42,132 nucleotides of DNA from a virus (taxonomy: Duplodnaviria; Caudoviricetes). Below are positions 35,530 to 42,132 of this stretch, in pieces. Below the pieces are notes generated by a model. It saw only the letters and a program-made list of their open reading frames with translations. It was not told the DNA's origin and ran no database searches. How positions within the stretch are numbered: the first letter of the stretch is position 1; every line of letters begins with the position of its first letter. Both the position numbers and the translations under genes were made by a program. Location of the stretch: positions 1 to 42,132 of IMG/VR virus record IMGVR_UViG_3300032076_000020, one strand, 5' to 3'.

Positions 35530-37682
35530 TCCTCGCCCCACTGTTCGGTGTGTCCCACAAACGCATCCCAGTCCTCGCGCACCTTGTCGAGCGACGGGAA
35601 CTCGTAGCCGTAATTCAGGTGGCCGTCTACCCTGATCTTTTTGTGCAGGATCGACGGGGCCATGGACTTCAGCTTCTTGCCGAATTCCACATCGGATTTG
35701 AGACGGCTCTTTATGTTGTGGCGCCGGGCCCAGGCTTCGAATGCGGTGCGTAGCCTATGGGTCGGCACAACGGTTGGCCATGCCCCACCGAAATCTCCGG
35801 AGGCAACCGAGCCTTCGGACAGGCAGTCGTGCCACCAGTTCGGCATCGGCTCCATGGTGGCTATCTTCTGGTCGAGCAGTGCCTGGGTCTGCGGTGCGCA
35901 GTTCACATCCACGGTTGAGAGATCGAAGTTGAGCAGGTAGCGCAGCAGATGACTATTGCCCCCACCGTCCAGGCCAACGCGCAGCTCCTCGAAATACTTC
36001 CGGTTCTGCATCTTGCCTTCGCCCATCTGGAAGACGGCGAAGCGGCGTTCATCGACTGAGGCCGGCACAAGCCAGTCTTCGTTGCCGATGATCACAACCC
36101 GGGTGAGATTGGCGACCTTGTATGTTTCTTTGCCTTTGTGCTCGATGACGTGGTGGTCGCCTGTGATCAGATCCTTCAGGATTCCTTCCGACTCTTTGTC
36201 CCCCGACCAGAACGCTTCGTCGAGGACCAGGCACAGGCAAGACTCAAAATGGCCGTTAAAATTAGAGACAAGATAACGGCGCTTAGAAGTGAGCAGAAAA
36301 TGCGAATCAACAAGCTTGCCGATTCGTTCGATAAGCGCGTTTTTTCCCGTCCCCTTTCTGCCTTTGAAGACCAGTGCGACCAGTGGCTTTTCCCATGGGC
36401 GCTGAACCATGTGCGCGAAGTACCCGATCAACCATTGAGTCAGCTTCGGATCTCCGTCACAGACGTTCTCGCGGCAGTGCTCGATGAACCTTGTAACCAT
36501 CGGGTGCTCTGGCGAGTCTGCAGGCTCAACCGAGAATCCACGCCACAGGTTGTACCAGCGTGGTCCCGCATCCTGCTCCGGTTTGAAAACGAAACCGTCG
36601 TAGGACCGGCGCCCGCTCCAGGCCAGCCACAGTTTGGTGAGCGGAGTATTCTTGTTGCCGACCTGCAGTGTGCGCGATGCGTGCTTGATGTGGAACGTGT
36701 TCAGATCCATGTGCTGGAGAGCAGCCTGGCCTTCAGGTCCGGTAGTCTCCCAGATCACATGGCCGCCGCCGGCAGTCGTGAATGCGTAGTTCTGGTTGAA
36801 CCCTGCATACGGTGGCTGGCTTTCTTCCTCTGCTGGTTCCGGAGCTGCCGCGAATACCGCTTCCGGTGCGGCCGCGCCCGGTTGTTCCTGTCCGTACTTG
36901 TAAGCGTTGGCGACCTTCGCAACTAGTTCTTCGCAGCTCCAGGGGGGAGTGCAATCCTCGTTCCAGTGGAATAGCAGCAACTGCTCTGCCTGCTCCTGGC
37001 TGCATCCGAAGTCCTTCAGCCTGGCCGCCACCTTGTAAGTGGCCTCGTCTCCACCCTCTCCCTGAACTGCGCGCGGGGCTACCTTGAGAAAATCAAGTGC
37101 CCGATTCCGCGCGCGATCAGAGTCCACGTCCCTAGGCAGAACATCAGCATTCCGATCCACACTGACAGCCTTACCCAGTCGATCGACCAGCCACTGTGGT
37201 GCTTCTTCGGGAGACGTGTGGCCGTCGATCTGCTGGTAGGCGCGGCCATCGATCTCGCTGCCCGGGCCAACGATGTATCCACCCTTCGACCGGATATCGA
37301 CGCCCGGGCCCAGAACGTTAACGCCCTGCTTGAGGGCATGGGTTGCGGAATATATGATGTGGCGACCGCTGCTTGGAGTCGCCTGCTCAAGACTGATCGG
37401 TAATACCATGCCCTGCATTTCGAGATCAAAGACCGATGCATCACCATTTTTCTCCCCCTTCACGTCCACATCGACAACTACCAGAGCGTTGTTGTTTCCG
37501 AATCGCGATGTGGAAATCCCAACATTGTAGTCACGCGAATGCCACCATGAGCGGATCTGGTCCGCATCCCGGGTAGCCTGGTTCGGCCAATCCGTAACGG
37601 CCGGTTTCTTCCCGTTCTCAACACACGGGAAAATCCAGAATCCACGTTCTGCCAGTTCAAGTGCTGATTCGAGCCTGTCCAC
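35526..37682 (-). CDS. Bifunctional primase-polymerase fused to an SF3/DUF5906-type helicase
   Basis: IFPC..NGKKP, VVDVD, TPSSGRHIIY, DIRSKGGYIVGPGS; GRKGTGKN (Walker A), LDEA. Confidence 0.9.
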   Translation of the reverse strand: MDRLESALELAERGFWIFPCVENGKKPAVTDWPNQATRDADQIRSWWHSRDYNVGISTSRFGNNNALVVVDVDVKGEKNGDASVFDLEMQGMVLPISLEQATPSSGRHIIYSATHALKQGVNVLGPGVDIRSKGGYIVGPGSEIDGRAYQQIDGHTSPEEAPQWLVDRLGKAVSVDRNADVLPRDVDSDRARNRALDFLKVAPRAVQGEGGDEATYKVAARLKDFGCSQEQAEQLLLFHWNEDCTPPWSCEELVAKVANAYKYGQEQPGAAAPEAVFAAAPEPAEEESQPPYAGFNQNYAFTTAGGGHVIWETTGPEGQAALQHMDLNTFHIKHASRTLQVGNKNTPLTKLWLAWSGRRSYDGFVFKPEQDAGPRWYNLWRGFSVEPADSPEHPMVTRFIEHCRENVCDGDPKLTQWLIGYFAHMVQRPWEKPLVALVFKGRKGTGKNALIERIGKLVDSHFLLTSKRRYLVSNFNGHFESCLCLVLDEAFWSGDKESEGILKDLITGDHHVIEHKGKETYKVANLTRVVIIGNEDWLVPASVDERRFAVFQMGEGKMQNRKYFEELRVGLDGGGNSHLLRYLLNFDLSTVDVNCAPQTQALLDQKIATMEPMPNWWHDCLSEGSVASGDFGGAWPTVVPTHRLRTAFEAWARRHNIKSRLKSDVEFGKKLKSMAPSILHKKIRVDGHLNYGYEFPSLDKVREDWDAFVGHTEQWGEE

Positions 37683-37684
37683 TA

Positions 37685-39694
37685 TCAGCCTTTCCGATAT
37701 CTCTGTGCGCGCCAGCCTTTAGCTTTGGTCGGCAGGCCGGCTGCCCAGGCGGGCGCCTCGGCCGTTAACGTTTCGATACGACGAAGTGTATCACAATCGC
37801 ATGATGTTGTTATTTCAACTACAGCTTCATCATGAACGTGAATTACTACCTTGAAACCGTTCGCCTCGAGTGTCTGCAAGCTGAACGCCAGCAGATCGCG
37901 AGCCACTGCCTGCGTGACGTTCTCAGCGAGGGATCCGCCGTAGGTGCTGATGCGCTGCCACGCACCGTTCGCGTTGGGATCATCCAGTACCTTGGTGGAC
38001 TTGCGCTGAGTCGAGTCCAGTTCGGTCATGTACGTGAGCGCTTCCTTCTCATCCCCCCACGGTGTAGTGACTACACGGATCTCGGGGTACGGGTAGCAAA
38101 GCACCCTGCCCGATGGCAGCCTGCACCACAGGAACGATCCGTTCTTCAGGTAAGTGACTTGCCTGCCCGGCGCGCCGGCGCTATGCTTGCCGCCCTGGGT
38201 GAGCGCGCGCATGGCTGCGTTCTCGAGATCGTACCAGTACTGAACGATGCGCGGATGAGCTGCGCGCCAGGCTACCTTGATCTCGTCGGCTTCAACATCC
38301 GGAACCTTGACGTTGTAATTGCGGGCCATCGACTGGAAGGCGCCGATCCCACCACCGTATCCGAGAGCGAGAACGGAAACCTTACCTACCTGTCGTTGCG
38401 CCTCCGATACATCATCCAGACGCACATGATAAATGCCAGCAGCAGCGTGTTCGTAAATTCGTCCATGGGTACGAAAGATCTCCAGAACTTCTTCCTGGCC
38501 GGCGAGCCACGCCAGCACGCGCGCTTCGATTGCGCTGAAGTCAGCGGCAGCCAGATCGTGACCTGGGGAAGCCATCAACATGCCGCGGATCGAATCAGCC
38601 AGCGCATCCATCACCGGGCCGTACATCGCGTCGAGGTAATCCCGCTGGTCGAGGTGCGCGATTACGTCGGCAACATCTTCGGGGTGCATGTCCGGACGTG
38701 TGCGCGGCAGGTTCTGCACCTGTATGCCGCGGCCAGCCCAGCGTCCGGTAGCCGCGCCGTGATATTGATGCAGGTTCCTAACCCTGCCGTCAGCACTGGC
38801 GCGATCGCGCATGGCCATTAGCTTGGCGGTAGAACTCTTGGCTGCTTCCTTGCGCAGATGCAAGGCTGCGGCTACGTTGGCCGGCAGGTTCTCATCCTGC
38901 AGTGCGTCGAGGATGTCTGCCTTGGCGACACCGTTCATCTCTACGCCTTGCAATTTGATCCACTTCACCAGCAGTTGCACTTCAGAGCATTTGCCGACCA
39001 CGCCACCCGTGGCTACCAGCATCTCGGCGTTCAGGCGTTTCTGCTCCTGTTCAACAAGAGAAATAGCTTTCTCGATCGCGTTCAGATCAACCGTAATGCC
39101 CCGCTGGTTGATCCGGTAGTCGAGTTGCCAGATGGCTTGTTCCTCCGGAGACAGTTCCATGATCCGATCGAGAACTGCCATCTCTGTACGAACGTCCTGC
39201 TGGTTGTAGCGATAGAGTTGCTGGAACTTTTCCGGATCATCCCATGGGCGCCAAAATGTTCCGTCCTGCCTGGGCTGCGCGAGTTGCAGCATCACACGCT
39301 TGCCGGCGATATCCTTACGCTGCTCGAGCCCCAACGCTGGAGCCACGTTCTCGAGTGCGCCCGGCAGACCCATGGCGTATGCGGCAGCCATCGAGCAGCG
39401 CACCTGTTCTACAGGGAGTCTCGGCCAGCCGTATCGACGGACTGCGCATTCGTTCCAGAGAGCGATTTCAAAGGCTGCATTCCAAGCAGTAAATATGCCC
39501 CCCGTAACGATGTGGTCGCGAACCACATCAGGAAATCGCTCGCCTTCAGCCCAAGTATGGATAGGACCGTCAGCAAGATTGCCAAAGGAGAAGCAATGAA
39601 TACCCGTACTTTTGTCGGTTGCATAGTTGTGCAAACCTCTCGCTTTCAGATCGACTGCGCTGTATGTTTCGAAATCCCCGCTTAGACGTTTCAT
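37685..39694 (-). CDS. polA: Family A DNA polymerase with 3'-5' exonuclease (APSE/SPO2 type)
   Basis: DFET, WNAAFE, TGRW, DFSAIEARV (motif A), RQVGKVSVLALGY (B), HVHDE (C). Confidence 0.95.
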   Translation of the reverse strand: MKRLSGDFETYSAVDLKARGLHNYATDKSTGIHCFSFGNLADGPIHTWAEGERFPDVVRDHIVTGGIFTAWNAAFEIALWNECAVRRYGWPRLPVEQVRCSMAAAYAMGLPGALENVAPALGLEQRKDIAGKRVMLQLAQPRQDGTFWRPWDDPEKFQQLYRYNQQDVRTEMAVLDRIMELSPEEQAIWQLDYRINQRGITVDLNAIEKAISLVEQEQKRLNAEMLVATGGVVGKCSEVQLLVKWIKLQGVEMNGVAKADILDALQDENLPANVAAALHLRKEAAKSSTAKLMAMRDRASADGRVRNLHQYHGAATGRWAGRGIQVQNLPRTRPDMHPEDVADVIAHLDQRDYLDAMYGPVMDALADSIRGMLMASPGHDLAAADFSAIEARVLAWLAGQEEVLEIFRTHGRIYEHAAAGIYHVRLDDVSEAQRQVGKVSVLALGYGGGIGAFQSMARNYNVKVPDVEADEIKVAWRAAHPRIVQYWYDLENAAMRALTQGGKHSAGAPGRQVTYLKNGSFLWCRLPSGRVLCYPYPEIRVVTTPWGDEKEALTYMTELDSTQRKSTKVLDDPNANGAWQRISTYGGSLAENVTQAVARDLLAFSLQTLEANGFKVVIHVHDEAVVEITTSCDCDTLRRIETLTAEAPAWAAGLPTKAKGWRAQRYRKG

Positions 39695-40026
39695 GGAAAA
39701 GTCACATCCTGATCGAAATATTCTTCCCAGTTCTTCTTCATCTTGATGTCGTTCTCTTTAAAGAACCATCTCTGGTGGTTCGATACCGCGCCATGCTCCG
39801 ACTTGCCCAGCACCTGTAAGTTAGCGAAATCGTTGTTCAGCTTGTTCCCGTCCCGGTGGTGGACTTCTTCCTCTGGCTTCAACTTGCGGCCCAGCATGGC
39901 CTCGGCCACCAGCGTGTGTACTCGACGATCACGCTGGGGGCCGGCCTTTATGACCAGGTAACCCTTGTTGTCGATATTGGCGCCGTGCTTGAGTTTGGGC
40001 ATATTGTCTTCTTGCAAACGGCTCAC
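39691..40026 (-). CDS. HNH endonuclease
   Basis: VHTLVAEAMLGRKL...VHHRDGNKLNNDFANL....EH. Confidence 0.88.
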   Translation of the reverse strand: MSRLQEDNMPKLKHGANIDNKGYLVIKAGPQRDRRVHTLVAEAMLGRKLKPEEEVHHRDGNKLNNDFANLQVLGKSEHGAVSNHQRWFFKENDIKMKKNWEEYFDQDVTFP

Positions 40027-40724
40027 TCCGGCACCTTCACGAGCGCACGATTCACTAACCAGTCGGAATCACGCCAATTATTAACTCTGTCGCGCCGAAC
40101 CACCATTTTGTCGTAAGGAGGTAATCTTTTGACGAAAAGGTCTATTTCATCCGCCATTGCGGCCAAAACATTCCTCTCACGCAAAAGCATTCCTATCGCG
40201 TCTTCATGTGAAAGGCTCGTTATTCTGCAGTAAGTAGAGGGGTAATTACTTTGACCAGGAATAGAAAACATGCGATATAAAGCCCGTATTGCAATGCTGT
40301 ACCTTTTGCATTGTTGACTGTCGTTGTGTCGAAGTCCTTCCAGTTCTTCCTTGCAACGGTCAATCTCTTCGCTCAAATCAAAATTTTGTCTCTTCAGTTC
40401 GACTAACCTACTACCAAAGTTGCGGGCAAAGTTATCGCTGGAATTGCTCACCTCTTTAGCGTTGCGCGCCCGCTTCCACGTCTTTATAAGGTCGATGACT
40501 TCACCTTCCCAACGAAACCACTCCCCGGATTCTCTGTACTTGTGTAAATAGCGGTGCATCTGTTTTTCCTCAGACACGCCTTCACATTCCCTTACGGAGT
40601 AAACATACAATCCGAACGGGCATCCGGTTTGTAACTCTTTAACCCTTTTGTCAACATTCGCAGCCGTACCTATCTTCACGAAAGGCGCATCTATCGTCCT
40701 GATGGCGTACAAGTTGGTGCCCAC
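40023..40724 (-). CDS. GIY-YIG-like (T5orf172/MUG113) domain protein with coiled-coil tail
   Basis: LYAI...VKIG..NVDKRVKELQTGCP...EKQMH...GEWF; more AT-rich than neighbours. Confidence 0.8.
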   Translation of the reverse strand: MGTNLYAIRTIDAPFVKIGTAANVDKRVKELQTGCPFGLYVYSVRECEGVSEEKQMHRYLHKYRESGEWFRWEGEVIDLIKTWKRARNAKEVSNSSDNFARNFGSRLVELKRQNFDLSEEIDRCKEELEGLRHNDSQQCKRYSIAIRALYRMFSIPGQSNYPSTYCRITSLSHEDAIGMLLRERNVLAAMADEIDLFVKRLPPYDKMVVRRDRVNNWRDSDWLVNRALVKVPE

Positions 40725-40746
40725 AAATAACCTCAAAAGTGACGCA

Positions 40747-40764
40747 GGGCCGCCGAAGCGGCCC
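40747..40764 (-). terminator. UUCG-tetraloop hairpin after the SSB gene (stabiliser or weak terminator)
   Basis: Minus strand GGGCCGC-TTCG-GCGGCCC; no immediate U-tract. Confidence 0.55.
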
Positions 40765-40771
40765 GTGGAGA

Positions 40772-41320
40772 TTAGTCGAACAATCCGGAAGCGGATGTAG
40801 CGCTGCCTTCCACTGAAGTGAATGCCTTGCTGGCGGGCATACGGCCGCCGAGCGGTTCACCTTCGCGCAGCTTCTGCAGGTTCTGAAGACCGAAAGCCAC
40901 GCCCTTGTTGCCAGCGGTTTCGTAGGCGAAGGCGCGAACCTGGGCGCGATAGTATGCGCCTGAGTAGCACTCGGCTTCATCGATGATGCCCTGAAGCTTC
41001 GCGTCCACGATACCCGGGCGACGGTCCTCGTTGGCTGAGAAGGTCGCGACGATCGCGTCATCCGGAACGCCAGCCACCTGGTTGTCCAGTTCCTCGTTCT
41101 TGCGGAACGGATTGCGGAGAGTCTTGGGCATGTTCGAGCCCCACTTCTCTGCGGCTGCTTCCTGCGCTGCTTTCTTGAGGGCAGACAGATCCGTGCCGGG
41201 CAGGAAGACCGCGCGCACGGAGAACTTCGGTTTCGCATCCGCCTGACCCTTCATTGCGGTTGCCTTGAAGACGCTTACGAAAGCGCCACGGAACTCAGGA
41301 GTGATTAAATTTTCGGCCAT
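40772..41320 (-). CDS. DUF2815 single-stranded DNA-binding protein (T7 gp2.5-like)
   Basis: PKFSV, RPGIVD, YSGAY.RA, GNKGVAFGLQNLQKLREGEPLGG. Confidence 0.9.
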   Translation of the reverse strand: MAENLITPEFRGAFVSVFKATAMKGQADAKPKFSVRAVFLPGTDLSALKKAAQEAAAEKWGSNMPKTLRNPFRKNEELDNQVAGVPDDAIVATFSANEDRRPGIVDAKLQGIIDEAECYSGAYYRAQVRAFAYETAGNKGVAFGLQNLQKLREGEPLGGRMPASKAFTSVEGSATSASGLFD

Positions 41321-41329
41321 CTTAGTCCT

Positions 41330-42132
41330 CTACTGGTTGGCGAACGCAGAAGCTGCGTCCAGTTTTACTGCTGCGCGCTTGTCGCTTTCGTGTACCAGCG
41401 CATGACCGGAGCTTTCACGAATTGTGAACTCCTTGATGAATTCGGCCCGTTCTTTGTCGTTCTTACCGGGCGCCATCTTCTTGATCTCGGTGATGCCGCG
41501 GAGTGCCGCGGGCTCGAGCAGCTCATTCGTGTCGATCCCCAGCTTGTCGGCGAGATCGAAAGCGATACCTTCGCGCCACTTCGCGCGGCCTTCCTTCTCG
41601 ACCAGCTTGTAGCTGGGTGGAGTCCGACCCTGCTCTGCTTCGGCGTAGGCGAACTCCCGCACGTTCTTGATCCAGGCTTCCAGAATTGGCAGCCAGTCCA
41701 GAGTCTCTGACAGTTCGTGCGGCTTGTACGGGGCTTCAGGAGCGAAGACTTTCTTCGCCAGTTCCTGCGCCTTGTTCTTCAGCTTCGGGCAGAGCGGAGC
41801 AGCGGGACACCAACGGCAGTGATCGCCTTGCTTGAGGTAGCTGATTTCCCACGGGAACGGCAGCATACGCCCGAACTGCGCCGATGCTTCCTCCGTCAGC
41901 TTGACTTCATCAACGATGTCGGCAGCCATGTCCACGAAGTAGGAGACAGGCAGGATCTTCGATCTCGACGTTTCACCGCTCGAGTGAAACGCCCGCGGCT
42001 GATCAATGACGATCTCAACTTCGGTCGGCTTCCACTTCATGTACTTGAGCAGGGCGCCAAGAGCGTATCCCTCGAGCTGCGCATTCGCCTGGCCATGCTC
42101 GTCTTCGATATCGACGGCCACGCCTGCGCCAT
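41330..42132 (-). CDS. DUF2800 Cas4-like nuclease, C-terminal part
   Basis: NAQL..YALGAL, IDQPR, GDHCRWCPAAPLCP, YKLVE; joins 1-560 through the terminal overlap. Confidence 0.88.
   Translation of the reverse strand, partial: GAGVAVDIEDEHGQANAQLEGYALGALLKYMKWKPTEVEIVIDQPRAFHSSGETSRSKILPVSYFVDMAADIVDEVKLTEEASAQFGRMLPFPWEISYLKQGDHCRWCPAAPLCPKLKNKAQELAKKVFAPEAPYKPHELSETLDWLPILEAWIKNVREFAYAEAEQGRTPPSYKLVEKEGRAKWREGIAFDLADKLGIDTNELLEPAALRGITEIKKMAPGKNDKERAEFIKEFTIRESSGHALVHESDKRAAVKLDAASAFANQ
42006..42132 (+). repeat. Terminal direct repeat (circular assembly overlap), copy 2
   Basis: Identical to 1-127. Confidence 0.95.

Larger units (their letters stand above)
1..42132. mobile_element. Complete temperate podovirus-like phage genome (circular contig, about 42,005 bp unique)
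   Basis: Full set of packaging, head, short-tail, replication, lysis, integrase and repressor genes; exact terminal overlap; no host housekeeping genes. Confidence 0.95.

Noticed and set aside
42006-42132. 127-bp terminal repeat as a biological DTR
   Set aside because: It falls mid-gene (DUF2800) and its length equals a common assembler k-mer, so it is best explained as circular overlap
41330-42132. Cas4-like nuclease as part of a CRISPR system
   Set aside because: No array or other cas genes; DUF2800 is a standard member of this replication module

Overview
The window is an apparently complete, circularly assembled temperate podovirus genome of about 42.0 kb. Bases 1-127 are repeated exactly at 42006-42132 and the DUF2800 gene runs across that join. 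The + strand virion module is T7/BPP-1/epsilon15-like: TerS, TerL, portal, scaffold, capsid, tail tube A/B, ejection proteins and tail fibre. There is no phage RNA polymerase. The - strand carries an APSE/SPO2-type replication module (DUF2800, DUF2815, PolA, prim-pol/helicase, SNF2 helicase, RuvC), a lysis cassette, and a tyrosine integrase with attP and excisionase. A divergent cro/cI switch lies at about 6.1-7.2 kb. Highlights: (1) a C5 DNA methyltransferase split across two nested reading frames (M.EcoHK31I-like), whose nested chain carries four tandem WPTP modules; (2) a tail-fibre-like SGNH protein and its neighbour, both with Sec-type signal peptides; (3) small-gene arrays joined by repeated boundary sequences; (4) a readable operator, promoter and origin grammar; (5) an apparently inactivated lytic transglycosylase domain in an ejection protein. 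All family calls come from motif recognition by eye, not database searches. The host is unknown; Acidobacteriota is only a tentative guess.
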